A stretch of DNA of 64,000 bases from Desulfovermiculus sp. (GCA_034521385.1 JAXHMO010000022.1:61112-125111), one strand, 5' to 3'; shown: positions 48,452-58,666, counted from the first letter of the stretch. A program made the numbers and translations. Notes: generated from the letters alone by a model not told the origin.

Positions 48452-49633
48452 ATGCACCTCTACCTGCAATGCCCTACCGGGATCAGCGGGGATATGTTTT
48501 TAGCGGCGGCGGCCGATCTGGATCTGGATTTGCAGCCCCTGGCCAATTTGTTGACCGACGTCGGAGCCGAGGTTCGGATTGAAGCCATCCCGACTCGCTG
48601 TTGCGGCCTGCTGGGAACCAAAGTGCAGGTTGTGCCCCTGGAAAATGGACCGCCGTTACGTACCTTGGATCAGATCCGGCCTCTTATCGCCGCCTCCGGG
48701 TTTTCCCCTGAGGTCAAGGCCAGAGCGGAGCAGGCCTTTGAACGTTTGGCCCAGGTGGAGGCCGAGGTGCACGGGGTACCTGTTGCTCAGGTCCACTTCC
48801 ATGAAGTGGGTGCGGTGGATACTCTGGCTGACATTCTGGGCTGTTTTTGGGCCTTGGAGAGCCTAAGGATGGAAACCGTGACCTGTTCACCTCTGCCCTG
48901 GTTTCAGGGGCAGGTGGAATGCGCCCATGGGGTCTTGCCTTTGCCCGCCCCAGCCACCCTGAAACTGCTGAACGGAAAGCCCCTTTTCTCCACCTCTTTT
49001 GATCGGGAAGTGATTACGCCCACCGGGGCCCTGCTTGTAGACCAGATAGCCTCCGGGTTTGGTCCGCCCCCAAACGGTACCCTGATTCGATCCGGGATTG
49101 GCTGGGGGCATATGGACCTGTCCCCGACACCGAACGGATTGCGGGCCTTTGTAATGGACATAGATACACAGGCTGAATCCCGGGGGGAAGAGGTGGAGCG
49201 GGTGATCGTACTGGAAAGCAATGTCGACCATCTGACCGGGGAGGAGGTCGGAGGGCTGTATACTCCCTTGCTGGCCGCAGGGGCCCTGGATGTCATCTAT
49301 TTGCCGGGGATGATGAAAAAGAATCGACCCGGCGGTCTGTTGCAGGTCATATGCCGACCTCAGGATCTGGCCCAGGTACAGGCCTGTTTTGTGGATCAGA
49401 CCATGACCTTGGGGCTGCGGCGCAGGGAGGTAGAACGGGTGGTTTTGCCCAGACGGGAGGAGAACAGACAGACCGAATTGGGATCTGTACATACCAAGAC
49501 CACCTCCTGGCAAGGCGAAGAATGGACCAGGCCCGAGTTCGAGGCCTTGCAGGAGCTGGCCCGGAAGACCGGAAGATCGGTGGTGCAGCTCAGATATTTG
49601 CTGCAGGGGTTGCAGGGCAAGGGCGAGGAGTAG
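48452..49633 (+). CDS. larC: Nickel insertion protein LarC (DUF111)
   Basis: MHLYLQCPTGISGDMFLAA... HFHEVGAVDT. Confidence 0.88.
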   Translation: MHLYLQCPTGISGDMFLAAAADLDLDLQPLANLLTDVGAEVRIEAIPTRCCGLLGTKVQVVPLENGPPLRTLDQIRPLIAASGFSPEVKARAEQAFERLAQVEAEVHGVPVAQVHFHEVGAVDTLADILGCFWALESLRMETVTCSPLPWFQGQVECAHGVLPLPAPATLKLLNGKPLFSTSFDREVITPTGALLVDQIASGFGPPPNGTLIRSGIGWGHMDLSPTPNGLRAFVMDIDTQAESRGEEVERVIVLESNVDHLTGEEVGGLYTPLLAAGALDVIYLPGMMKKNRPGGLLQVICRPQDLAQVQACFVDQTMTLGLRRREVERVVLPRREENRQTELGSVHTKTTSWQGEEWTRPEFEALQELARKTGRSVVQLRYLLQGLQGKGEE

Positions 49634-49752
49634 TGTTCAGGTTTCAGCGCCGCCTCTGGCTGCGTTGAAACCTATTCATGTTTTTTTTTTTGCCCGCTTG
49701 GGGGCAAAAAATATTTCAGATTTGCCGGAGGCAAAGCTGAACACTGAACACT
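49633..49752 (-). repeat. Mosaic repeat block (F, A', inverted C, inverted B, F) filling the larC/nth convergent gap
   Basis: Inverted B at 49716-49740, identical to the consensus. C is T11-GCCC..GGGC-A6. Confidence 0.85.
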
Positions 49753-50443
49753 AACCGACCCCCTCCCGGGGGCATATATCAGCCAAGTTGCATTCTCGGC
49801 ACATAGGTGAGCGGGCCTGACACACCTCTCGGCCGAACCAGACCAGGAGGTGGTTGATTTCCCCCCAAGCCGATCTGGGGAAAAGGGGCATGAGACCACG
49901 TTCAATCTTTGCGGGATCCTGGGAACGGGTTAGACCCAGCCGAAAGCTGAGGCGCTTGACATGAGTGTCCACAGCGATACCCTCATGTATTTCGAATCCC
50001 TGAGATAAAACGATGTTGGCCGTCTTTCTGGCCACTCCGGGCAGGGTGAGCAGATCCTGCATGGTGTTTGGTACCTGGGAATCATAGGAGTCGACCAGGG
50101 TACGGGCGGTTTGGGTCAGGTTACGGGCCTTGCTCCGGAACAGACCGGTGGAACGGATGACCTCTTCCACATCCTGGGAATTGGCCTGGGCCAAATCCTG
50201 GATGGTGGGCCATTTGGCAAACAGGACAGGGGTGACGGCATTGACTCTGGTGTCTGTGCACTGGGCAGCCAAAACGGTGGCCACCAGGAGTTCCCAAGGG
50301 GAGCGCCAAACAAGCTGACTGCGTACCTGCGGGTATCGCTGTCGCAGCCGGGTCAGGACGGCTTCGGCCCTGGCCGCAGTGGATTGAGATGGAGGGGATG
50401 TTTGCACATCGGTCTGCATAGCTGAAAATATCGTACCGGGCAA
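49751..50443 (-). CDS. nth: Endonuclease III
   Basis: HhH-GPD domain and a 4Fe-4S cluster, CQARSPMCRECNLADIC. The start is 50443 or 50419. Confidence 0.92.
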   Translation of the reverse strand: MPGTIFSAMQTDVQTSPPSQSTAARAEAVLTRLRQRYPQVRSQLVWRSPWELLVATVLAAQCTDTRVNAVTPVLFAKWPTIQDLAQANSQDVEEVIRSTGLFRSKARNLTQTARTLVDSYDSQVPNTMQDLLTLPGVARKTANIVLSQGFEIHEGIAVDTHVKRLSFRLGLTRSQDPAKIERGLMPLFPRSAWGEINHLLVWFGREVCQARSPMCRECNLADICPREGVG

Positions 50444-50487
50444 GAGAGATGGGACTGTAAAAGTCAGAATTGCAGGCCCAGGAGAGC

Positions 50488-50564
50488 GAGGACCGAAGAC
50501 CGAGGATCGGGGGCTGAGGACCGAGGACCGAGGACCGAGGACCGAAGATTGAAGACTGAAGACT
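50488..50564 (+). repeat. Heptanucleotide tandem array, 11 units (GAGGACC/GAAGACC/GAAGACT)
   Basis: Same unit family and orientation as 48315-48412. Confidence 0.9.
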
Positions 50565-50674
50565 TAAAAGTCAATAAGATGTAGGTTCAATCTTAAGTTT
50601 CAAAATCTACATTTTATTTTTGACCAAGAGAGGAATTTTTTCCGGTAAAACAAAGAGGGCCTGCCCATTTCGGA

Positions 50675-50730
50675 CCAGTTTCATCCAGGGATCAAACTGG
50701 CGGCTGCCGCCAGAGGCCCCGCTGAAACCT
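50675..50730 (-). repeat. Inverted A'-D module pair
   Basis: The reverse complement aligns with 29438-29495 and 9135-9185 (..CTCTGGCGG..GCCGCCAGTTTGATCC..ATGAAACTGG). Confidence 0.75.
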
Positions 50731-50820
50731 CTCAAATATTAGCACACTCTGAGTATTCACGTTTCGTCAAGTGAACTCCATACATCCCAGAACAACGTAC
50801 GAGATATCAGGAGGTGGGCC

Positions 50821-51150
50821 ATGTCTGCAGTTCTGGTTTACGTCACCTGTCGGAATATGGAAGAAGCTGAGCGGGTCGGAGAAAGCCTGATTCAGTCCAG
50901 GGTGGCCGCTTGTGTGAATATTATTGACGGCATGCGGTCCATGTTCTGGTGGGGCGGAAAAGTGGAACAGGATCAGGAGACTGTACTTTTGGCCAAGACC
51001 CAGGTGGGATTGGTCGGAGGGCTCACGGATAAGGTCAAATCCGTGCACAGCGACGATTGTCCGTGCGTGGTGGCTGTGCCCATCATTGACGGCAATCCGG
51101 ATTTCCTGCACTGGATTCAAAACGAGACCAAGGCAGAACAGAACTTATGA
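50821..51150 (+). CDS. cutA: Divalent-cation tolerance protein CutA
   Basis: VYVTCRNMEEAERVGESLIQSRVAACVNII. CAGGAGG upstream. Confidence 0.88.
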   Translation: MSAVLVYVTCRNMEEAERVGESLIQSRVAACVNIIDGMRSMFWWGGKVEQDQETVLLAKTQVGLVGGLTDKVKSVHSDDCPCVVAVPIIDGNPDFLHWIQNETKAEQNL

Positions 51151-51163
51151 CCAGGTGTGAACG

Positions 51164-52525
51164 GTGAAAGGAGAAAAGAGAACCCAAACTTTCCACATCA
51201 TCACCTTCGGGTGTCAGATGAACGTCTGCGACTCGCAGTGGATGGAACAAAGCCTGAGTTTGCGGGGGTGGACTCCAGCCGCTGAAGAGGAGGCGGAGGT
51301 CATCGTGGTCAATACCTGCAGTGTGCGGGAAAAGCCGGAGCAGAAAGTGTACAGCCTGCTCGGCCGCCTGAGCCGCCTGAAAAAGAACAATCCGGGCCTG
51401 TTTGTGGGTGTGGGTGGGTGTGTGGCCCAGCAGATCGGGGAGCATCTATGGAATCGCTTTCCCTTTGTCCGCCTGGTCTTTGGCTCGGACGGAGTGGCCC
51501 AGGTCCCGGAGGCGGTGGAACGGCTGCGGGAAGATCCGGGGCTTCGACTCTCCTTTCTGGATTTTTCCAGCCACTATCCAGAGCGGGAACGGGTTTGGGA
51601 CAAATCTTCGTCTCCAGTCCAGGCCTATGTGACCATTATGCAGGGCTGCGACAATTTTTGCGCCTATTGCATCGTCCCCTACACCCGGGGCAGACAGAAG
51701 TCCCGTCCGGCCCAGGAGGTGCTTGCCGAGTGCGCCGATCTTGTTCACTCTGGGGCTCGGGAGATCACCCTTTTGGGGCAGAACGTGAACAGTTATGGGC
51801 AGGATCGGGCCGGAGACGGGGTCGGTTTTGCCCAACTTTTGTCACGGGTTTGCTCCCTGCCGGGCTTGGAGCGGGTCAGATTCACCACATCCCACCCTAA
51901 GGACCTTGACCCCCAGGTCATAGAGGCCTTCAGTCGGTTTGACAATCTGTGTCCGGCCTTGCATCTCCCTCTGCAGTCGGGTTCGGACCGCATCTTGCGA
52001 AAAATGGGGCGGAAGTACAGCCAGAGGCAATACCTGGATCTGGTTCAGGCCTTGCGCCAGGCCAGACCGGATATTGTTTTGAGCACGGATCTCATTGTCG
52101 GTTTCCCTGGAGAAGAGGACCAGGATTTTGAGCAGACTATTGACCTGGTGGAAAGGGTCGGTTTTGACTCCAGCTTTTCCTTCAAGTATTCTCAAAGGCC
52201 GGGTGTCCGGGCCTGTTTGCTGCCCGGCCAGGTTGCGGAGGAAGTAAAGGCCCGGCGTTTGCAACGCTTGCAAAGCCTGCAGGATGAGCTTACCCTTCAA
52301 TCATTGGGGAGCTTGATCGGCCGGTCCCTGCCGGTGCTGGTGGAAAAGCTAGGGAGGCGAAATTCCCAAGCCAGTCATCAATGGCAGGCCCGGGAGCCCG
52401 GTGGACGGTTGGTACATTTTTCCTGGCCTCTGGGCTGGGATCTCACCGGACGTTTTGTCCAGGTCCGGATAACAACAGCCATGAAACATTCTGTTTCCGG
52501 AGAGGCGGTGAAAGGACCATGGTAG
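51164..52525 (+). CDS. miaB: tRNA-2-methylthio-N6-dimethylallyladenosine synthase
   Basis: FGCQMNVCDS, radical SAM motif CDNFCAYC, and a TRAM domain. GTG start. Confidence 0.93.
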   Translation: MKGEKRTQTFHIITFGCQMNVCDSQWMEQSLSLRGWTPAAEEEAEVIVVNTCSVREKPEQKVYSLLGRLSRLKKNNPGLFVGVGGCVAQQIGEHLWNRFPFVRLVFGSDGVAQVPEAVERLREDPGLRLSFLDFSSHYPERERVWDKSSSPVQAYVTIMQGCDNFCAYCIVPYTRGRQKSRPAQEVLAECADLVHSGAREITLLGQNVNSYGQDRAGDGVGFAQLLSRVCSLPGLERVRFTTSHPKDLDPQVIEAFSRFDNLCPALHLPLQSGSDRILRKMGRKYSQRQYLDLVQALRQARPDIVLSTDLIVGFPGEEDQDFEQTIDLVERVGFDSSFSFKYSQRPGVRACLLPGQVAEEVKARRLQRLQSLQDELTLQSLGSLIGRSLPVLVEKLGRRNSQASHQWQAREPGGRLVHFSWPLGWDLTGRFVQVRITTAMKHSVSGEAVKGPW

Positions 52526-53013
52526 AAATGAAGATTTTCGGTTTGGCCTTGGACGAACAGTCACAGGTCCCTTTGCTCATCCTCAAAGACCAGGAGGACA
52601 AGCAGGTGCTGCCCATCTGGATCGGGGCCATGGAGGCCATGTCCATTTCCATCAGCCTGAACAAGGTCTCCATTTCCAGGCCACTTACGCATGACCTCAT
52701 GCTCCAGATCCTGACCACTTTGGGGGCGAGTATAGAAAGAGTGCAGATTGTCGATCTGCGGGAAGGCACCTATTATGCCGAAATGCATATTGTGCACCAG
52801 GACCGCACCTTTCTCGTGGACAGTCGGCCCTCGGATGCCATTGCCCTGGCCGTTCGGGCCGATGCCCCTGTATACGCCGCGCAGTCCTTGCTGGACCGGG
52901 TGGCCAAGCAGTTTGATCAGGACCATGAGGTCGTGCTCAAGGACGAGGAGTCTACACGCTGGACCGAGTTCCTGGAAAAATACGATATCGATGATACCAA
53001 GTATAAAATGTAA
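52519..53013 (+). CDS. Bifunctional nuclease family protein (DUF151)
   Basis: MVEMKIFGLALDEQSQVPLLILKD...LPIWIG. Overlaps the miaB stop. Confidence 0.8.
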   Translation: MVEMKIFGLALDEQSQVPLLILKDQEDKQVLPIWIGAMEAMSISISLNKVSISRPLTHDLMLQILTTLGASIERVQIVDLREGTYYAEMHIVHQDRTFLVDSRPSDAIALAVRADAPVYAAQSLLDRVAKQFDQDHEVVLKDEESTRWTEFLEKYDIDDTKYKM

Positions 53014-53039
53014 CTGTCGGTACCCGATCCAGAATGATC

Positions 53040-53127
53040 CTCAAATGAAACGAGATGATCATTCCGGCAATTTTTTTTGCCCTCTTTGGGGCAAAAAAAA
53101 TGTCAGATTTGCCGGAGGCAAAGCTGA
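53040..53127 (-). repeat. Inverted D-C-B mosaic repeat ending 3 nt before the next start codon
   Basis: Inverted B at 53103-53127, identical to the consensus. C is T8-GCCC..GGGC-A8. Confidence 0.85.
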
Positions 53128-53130
53128 CCC

Positions 53131-53808
53131 ATGATAGAACTGCATACCCACACCGTATTCAGTGACGGTCAAATGGTCCCGGCCGCCTTGGCCAGGCGGG
53201 CCAGGGTCCTGGGCTACCGGGCTTTGGCCTTTACCGATCATGCAGATTGGACCAATTATGCCTGGATCCTGCAGCAGCACTCCTCAAGCCTGTCCCATTT
53301 GGGTCTGTTTTCCGGTCTGGAATTGGTTGTGGGCATTGAACTCACCCATGTGCCACCGCCTTTGATGCGCGAAATGGTGGACACGGTTCGCCAGGCTGGA
53401 GCCCAATTGGTCCTGGTCCATGGGCAAACACCTGCCGATTGCGTGGAAACCGGGACCAACCTGGCGGCCATCGAGGCCGGGGCGGATATCTTGGCCCATC
53501 CCGGCCTGATTACTCCCGAGGAAGTCAATCTGGCGGAGCAAAATGGGGTTTTTCTGGAGATCTCCGGCCGGGCCGGCCATTGTTTGACCAACGGACATGT
53601 CCTGGCCCTGGCTCGTGAGTTTGGGGCTCAAGTGGTCTTGGGGGGTGACGTGCATGTGGCCTCCGACCTGTGGGCCAGGGATGGGCGTAAATGCATTGCC
53701 CTGGGCGCGGGAATGAGTGAAGGGGAGTATGTCCAGGCTGAGACCGCGGCCCAAAAGCTGGTGGAAAAGGTCAGAAACCGGCGGGGCTCGTATGAAACAA
53801 GAAGTTAG
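53131..53808 (+). CDS. PHP-domain phosphoesterase (histidinol-phosphatase-like)
   Basis: MIELHTHTVFSDG N-terminal PHP motif. Confidence 0.75.
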   Translation: MIELHTHTVFSDGQMVPAALARRARVLGYRALAFTDHADWTNYAWILQQHSSSLSHLGLFSGLELVVGIELTHVPPPLMREMVDTVRQAGAQLVLVHGQTPADCVETGTNLAAIEAGADILAHPGLITPEEVNLAEQNGVFLEISGRAGHCLTNGHVLALAREFGAQVVLGGDVHVASDLWARDGRKCIALGAGMSEGEYVQAETAAQKLVEKVRNRRGSYETRS

Positions 53809-53863
53809 CTAATAGATTGATCTCTATGTAACTTAAAAGGCAATGAACATAAGGAAGGCATCC

Positions 53864-54664
53864 ATGTCTATCCCTGCGCATAGTGGCATTGTGTCCATGC
53901 TGATGGGGGCCACAGTGGTGGTCAAAATCGTGCTGGTCATCTTGGCCTGCATGTCCATCATCAGCTGGACATTGATTTTCTACAAGTTCTTTCTCTATTC
54001 CCGGGTGAAGAAATCCATCCGTCAGGAATTCACCATGTTCGAGGAAGCCCGGGATTTGGGTACCGCCCTGCGAACCCTGAAAAAGCGCTCAGGGTCCCGG
54101 CTGTATGTTATCGGGGCCAAGGCCGTGGCTGAGATCAGGTCCCTGGAAAAGTCCGGTCTCTCCCCGAACGGCAAGGTCAAGGTTGCTTCGGACAATATCC
54201 GGCGGGTTTTGCGCCAGTCGGTGAGTCAGGAGATCAACTCCCTGGCCTATGCCCTGTCTTTTTTGGCCACTTGTACCAACTCTGCTCCGTTTATCGGCCT
54301 GTTTGGTACGGTCTGGGGAATCATGAACGCCTTTCAGGCCATTGGGGTGCAGAAGTCGGCCGCCCTGTCCACTGTGGCCCCGGGGATAGCCGAAGCCTTG
54401 GTGGCCACAGCTGTCGGTCTGGCCGTGGCCATACCGGCGTCTGTAGCCTACAACGCCTTTCTGGGGCTTTTAAACAGTATTGAAAGTGAAATGGTCAATT
54501 ACGCTGGATCCTTTTTGAACCGGGCCCAACGCGAACTCCCCTGGCTCAGTGCGGGCCGGACGGACCGGGAGGAGGTCCAACCCGGCCCCAGACTCCGTTC
54601 CGGGACCCTACGGACCGATGAGGAGCGTGAACCACATGATTTTCCTTCGGATTTGGAGGGATAA
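53864..54664 (+). CDS. tolQ: Tol-Pal system protein TolQ
   Basis: MotA/TolQ/ExbB channel (GLFGTVWGIMNAF). AAGGAAGG lies 5 nt upstream of the ATG at 53864. Has an unusual C-terminal extension of about 45 aa. Confidence 0.88.
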   Translation: MSIPAHSGIVSMLMGATVVVKIVLVILACMSIISWTLIFYKFFLYSRVKKSIRQEFTMFEEARDLGTALRTLKKRSGSRLYVIGAKAVAEIRSLEKSGLSPNGKVKVASDNIRRVLRQSVSQEINSLAYALSFLATCTNSAPFIGLFGTVWGIMNAFQAIGVQKSAALSTVAPGIAEALVATAVGLAVAIPASVAYNAFLGLLNSIESEMVNYAGSFLNRAQRELPWLSAGRTDREEVQPGPRLRSGTLRTDEEREPHDFPSDLEG

Positions 54665-54667
54665 GGC

Positions 54668-55075
54668 ATGGATTTCAACCTCCGCCGCCAGGGCTTTGTT
54701 TCCACAATCAACGTCACCCCCTTTGTGGACGTTATGCTCGTGTTGCTGGTCATCTTTATGATTACTGCACCTATGATGACCCAAGGTGTGGATGTCGATC
54801 TGCCCCAGACCAACACCGTGCAGACCCTACCCCAGGATTCGGAGACTCTGGTTTTGACGGTCAAGAAAGACGGCACGTTGCATATTGAAGACTATCAGAT
54901 AACCAGAGAGGAGTTGACCTCCACCTTGCAGAAGGTCATGGCCGACAAGGACGACATCCTCTATTTGCGGGCTGATCAGGAGGTGCCTTACGGATTCGTG
55001 GTCAAGATCATGAGCGACATCAAAGCGGCCGGTGTGGCCCGGTTGGGTGTGGTGGCGGAACCGGAAGAGGATTGA
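54668..55075 (+). CDS. tolR: Tol-Pal system protein TolR
   Basis: ExbD/TolR family. INVTPFVDVMLVLLVIFM. Confidence 0.88.
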   Translation: MDFNLRRQGFVSTINVTPFVDVMLVLLVIFMITAPMMTQGVDVDLPQTNTVQTLPQDSETLVLTVKKDGTLHIEDYQITREELTSTLQKVMADKDDILYLRADQEVPYGFVVKIMSDIKAAGVARLGVVAEPEED

Positions 55076-55091
55076 GAGAGGCGGGATTTGA

Positions 55092-55919
55092 ATGGGTTTT
55101 GCAAGCTGCCTCTTTGCTCTCCTGCTCCACATCGGTCTGGTGTTCATAACCATGTATGCCCCGTGGCATGGGGGAGCGATCAGCCTGGACCTGGACAAGC
55201 CGGTGTATGAGGTGGAACTGGTCCGCATGCCGGAGCAAAAAAAGGCGGTTCAGGTTCCGCGTACATCAGAGCAGGAGCCGGGCCGGAAACAGGCTTCACA
55301 ACAGGCCAAAGCCCTTCCAAGGCAGCAACCTAAAGCCAAGCCTGCGCCCCCCAAGCCGGTGCAGATAGCCAAACAGGACGAAAAAAAACCCCAGGCGTCC
55401 AAAGTCACCCAGAAAAAGAAATCAGAGCCCCAAGAGTCGCCTAAACCTCAAAGCAGGGAAGATGTCAAGACTCCGGAAAGTGAGTTAGAGGACGCTATAC
55501 AGGAGGTGACTGCTCAGGCTGAGCAAGAGGCTCAGACCGACGCGGAGGTCTTGGCCCAAGAGCTGGCCCAATTGAGTAAGGAGCAGGCAGCTCAGGGGAT
55601 TGATTTGGAGAACTTAGGTCGATCGTCGGCTCGGGAGATGACCGAGAGATTGTACGGCAATCTGATCAGAGGGCGGATTCGAACCAACTGGCGTTTTCCC
55701 GATCTGGGAGGAGACGAGGATCTGCATGCAACAGTCCAAATACAGATAAACGAGCAGGGGGAGATCGTTGACCATTCCCTGGAACGTTCTTCCGGTAATC
55801 CCCAGTTCGATAATTCAGTGCTGCGGGCCATAGCCCGGACCGGAAGTCTGCAGGCTCCGCCCAATCCAGATTTGAAATCCATACGCATCGAGTTTCATCT
55901 CCAGGACTTAACTCCTTAA
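55092..55919 (+). CDS. tolA: TolA/TonB-C-terminal-domain protein
   Basis: N-terminal TM, a Lys/Pro/Glu/Gln-rich linker and a TonB_C-like C-terminus. Sits between tolR and tolB. Confidence 0.75.
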   Translation: MGFASCLFALLLHIGLVFITMYAPWHGGAISLDLDKPVYEVELVRMPEQKKAVQVPRTSEQEPGRKQASQQAKALPRQQPKAKPAPPKPVQIAKQDEKKPQASKVTQKKKSEPQESPKPQSREDVKTPESELEDAIQEVTAQAEQEAQTDAEVLAQELAQLSKEQAAQGIDLENLGRSSAREMTERLYGNLIRGRIRTNWRFPDLGGDEDLHATVQIQINEQGEIVDHSLERSSGNPQFDNSVLRAIARTGSLQAPPNPDLKSIRIEFHLQDLTP

Positions 55920-55944
55920 CGCCGTGTCTCAATATTCACTCGGA

Positions 55945-56000
55945 TGAAACGAGACTCTCAATAATTACTAAATTTCAAGTTTCATTCTCGATCAAACCGT
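55945..56000 (-). repeat. Two partial inverted D-module fragments
   Basis: GATGAAACGAGACTCTC and CAAGTTTCATTCTCGATCAAACCG. Confidence 0.55.
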
Positions 56001-56056
56001 GAACCTGGAATTTTGCACCTTTGAAGATCCAGCACAGGAAAAAAGGAAAGAAGTTC

Positions 56057-57397
56057 ATGAAATTACCACTCAACCTGGTCTTCTGGTGGACCGCGTGTTT
56101 GTGCCTGTTTTTCATGCCGAGTATGGGTGGTGCGGACACAAGTCTGCAGATCAATATTTATGGTCCGGGTCAGTCCAAGATAAACACCTATCTGGCTCCG
56201 GCCCGCCTTATAGCGCAGCAGGAAGGAGAAACGTTGGTCCCTTCCCGGGTCCAGGATCTGGAACGTGTTCTGTATGAGGACCTGGGCTTTCTCCCCTTTG
56301 TTCACTTTGTTCCCGGGGGGGAGTTGCTGGGTGGACCTGAAGTACAGGGAATGAACCGGGAGGATCTTGACTTCAAACGTTTTCAGCTCAGTCAGGTGGA
56401 TTTGCTGGTTACCATGGGCTGGTCGGCGGGAGACCAGGACCGGGAACAGGTAGAACTGCGGGCCTTTGACGTCTATACCGGGCGCATGATTGTTGGGCGG
56501 GGCTACGTCCTGCGCAACCAAGGCCATGTGGAACAGGCTAGCCGGCGTTTCAGCGCCGAATTGATGCAGGCTTTGACCGGTCGTTCCGGCTTTTTTACTT
56601 CTGAGTTGGCCTTTGTACGCAAGAGCGAAGAAGACAAGGACATCTATGCCTGCACCCCGCAGGGAAAGAATTTACGGCCATTAGTGGACCTGGACGGGTA
56701 TTGCATGAGTCCGGCCTGGTCCGGAAATGGTGATAAATTGGCCATGAGTTTTGTGGGCCAGGACAGGCATGAACTGGTTGTTTGGGACGCTCAGAGCGAT
56801 TCTCTGCAACGGGCCACCCTGCCTGGAAATACAATCATCAGTCCGGCCTATTGGCCCGGACGCGGATGGGTCATCAGCGCAGACCCGGGCAAGAGCCCGG
56901 ACATTTACACCCTGAACCAGGATTTGAGCCTCGGCGACCCCCTGGTTGAGCACTGGGCTATCGATATATCCCCTCATTTCGACGCCCAAGGTAAGGCCAT
57001 GGTCTTTGTCTCCAGCCGGTTCGGCAATCCGCACATCTTTTTGCGACACATGGACAGTGGGGAAGTGGAGCGAATCAGCCTTCAAGGTACTTACAACACG
57101 AATCCCAGCATCAGCCCTGACGGTCGGTTTGTAGCCTACTCTCGGTTGATAAAGGATCAGGGCCACAGGATCATTGTTCATGACCGCCAAAAGAAGACAG
57201 AACGTCAGGTGAGCTTTGGGCCGGGCAATGATGAGGATCCGGCCTGGGGGCCGGACAGTTATTTTCTGGCCTTTAGTTCCGATCGTTCTGGAAAGTATCA
57301 GCTGTATGTGAGTACTCGGCATGCAGATGAGGCCAAACGAATTCCCACCGGTGGGGAAGCGGCGACTTCTCCGGCCTGGAGACCACGTGCAGAGTAG
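56057..57397 (+). CDS. tolB: Tol-Pal system beta-propeller protein TolB
   Basis: Signal peptide, then WD40-like repeats (PAWSGNGDKLAMS, PHFDAQGKAMVFVS, PSISPDGRFVAYS, PAWGPDSYFLAFSS). Confidence 0.92.
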   Translation: MKLPLNLVFWWTACLCLFFMPSMGGADTSLQINIYGPGQSKINTYLAPARLIAQQEGETLVPSRVQDLERVLYEDLGFLPFVHFVPGGELLGGPEVQGMNREDLDFKRFQLSQVDLLVTMGWSAGDQDREQVELRAFDVYTGRMIVGRGYVLRNQGHVEQASRRFSAELMQALTGRSGFFTSELAFVRKSEEDKDIYACTPQGKNLRPLVDLDGYCMSPAWSGNGDKLAMSFVGQDRHELVVWDAQSDSLQRATLPGNTIISPAYWPGRGWVISADPGKSPDIYTLNQDLSLGDPLVEHWAIDISPHFDAQGKAMVFVSSRFGNPHIFLRHMDSGEVERISLQGTYNTNPSISPDGRFVAYSRLIKDQGHRIIVHDRQKKTERQVSFGPGNDEDPAWGPDSYFLAFSSDRSGKYQLYVSTRHADEAKRIPTGGEAATSPAWRPRAE

Positions 57398-57439
57398 CTG
57401 GTAAAAAAATATTCAACCCGGACCACAAGGAGGAAGGCT

Positions 57440-58060
57440 ATGAGGACATATGCATGGACGCTGACTTTGGGTGTTTGCTTGGTGATTATGATATTCGCCA
57501 TGCAAGGATGTGCCAGAAAATCGGTCAGCGACGGATCAGAGACCCTGGCTGCGGAGCAAAGGGGAGAGTATCAGGCGGAAGACTCTCTGGATGAAGGGGG
57601 GAAAGAGGCTACATCGGACATGACCGCTGAGGAGATGGAGGAATTTGGGCTGCAGGAAAAGGAGCGCCGGGAAGCTTCCAAAAGGGAAAAGGCCCAACAA
57701 GAGGAAAAGCGAAAACAGGCTACGCAGGAATTGGGGCAACGCATTCATTTCGCCTTTGATTCCTATGAACTGCGGGTGCAGGCCCGGCAGGAACTGAAGA
57801 ATAAGGCGGAGATAATGGATCGTTTTCCAGAGATCGAGGTGGTCATTGAAGGACACTGCGATGAACGGGGAACCGACGAATATAACTTGGCTCTGGGTGA
57901 ACGTAGGGCCAGGGCGGCCTATGAGTTTTTGGTTCTGTTGGGCATCGATCCAGATCGGTTGAGAATCATCAGTTATGGGGAGGAGCGGCCCCTGGAGCAG
58001 GGAAACGATGAGGCAGCTTGGGCCAAAAACCGGCGGTGCGAGTTTCGAGTGGTTGAATAG
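57440..58060 (+). CDS. pal: Peptidoglycan-associated lipoprotein Pal
   Basis: Lipobox FAMQGC and an OmpA-like domain (GHCDERGTDEYNLALGERRA). Confidence 0.92.
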   Translation: MRTYAWTLTLGVCLVIMIFAMQGCARKSVSDGSETLAAEQRGEYQAEDSLDEGGKEATSDMTAEEMEEFGLQEKERREASKREKAQQEEKRKQATQELGQRIHFAFDSYELRVQARQELKNKAEIMDRFPEIEVVIEGHCDERGTDEYNLALGERRARAAYEFLVLLGIDPDRLRIISYGEERPLEQGNDEAAWAKNRRCEFRVVE

Positions 58061-58080
58061 GCCCTGATTCGTCCCAGGGC

Positions 58081-58488
58081 TTATTTGATGATGGAGGCCA
58101 AAAATCTCGGCCCCCAGCGGGCAATCAGATGTGCAAAAAACAGGCCCAGGCCCACACCCAAGGCGTTGGCTCCCATGTCGGCCAGGGAAAAGAAGCGGCC
58201 GGGGACAAAACCCTGAGCGATTTCCACTGCGCACCCCAAGCAAATAAGGCAGATGGTCAGCCCGGCTGATCTGGAGGCCGGGACAAAGCTCATTCGGCCA
58301 CCCAAGGCCATCCAGGTATAGGCCAGGGAGTGCAGGACCTTATCCGAATCTTGCATCCGGATATCCAAGTGCATATCCGGGCTTAAGGAACCATACAGGA
58401 CCAGAACCAGAGAGAGCACCCAGATCAAAAAGATCGCTTTTTGGACTCTAGAAACAAGAGGCGGTATAAGGCTGCTTTTTTCGTTCAT
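58081..58488 (-). CDS. VanZ-family membrane protein
   Basis: Four TM helices and a SDKVLHSLAY motif. Confidence 0.7.
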   Translation of the reverse strand: MNEKSSLIPPLVSRVQKAIFLIWVLSLVLVLYGSLSPDMHLDIRMQDSDKVLHSLAYTWMALGGRMSFVPASRSAGLTICLICLGCAVEIAQGFVPGRFFSLADMGANALGVGLGLFFAHLIARWGPRFLASIIK

Positions 58489-58666
58489 GGATTTCTTGAT
58501 GGATGCGGGAATGTCCCGGACTGCGGCCCAAAAAGTAGACAGGTGAGTGGGACCAAATGGGCCATCCTGTTGCGCCCTGCAATTCAGTTTATCTGGAAAT
58601 GTCTTGGCTGTCGATATGTTATGTGCACCTTCCGGAAATTATTAACATCTCGGTTTGGGGTAGGTC

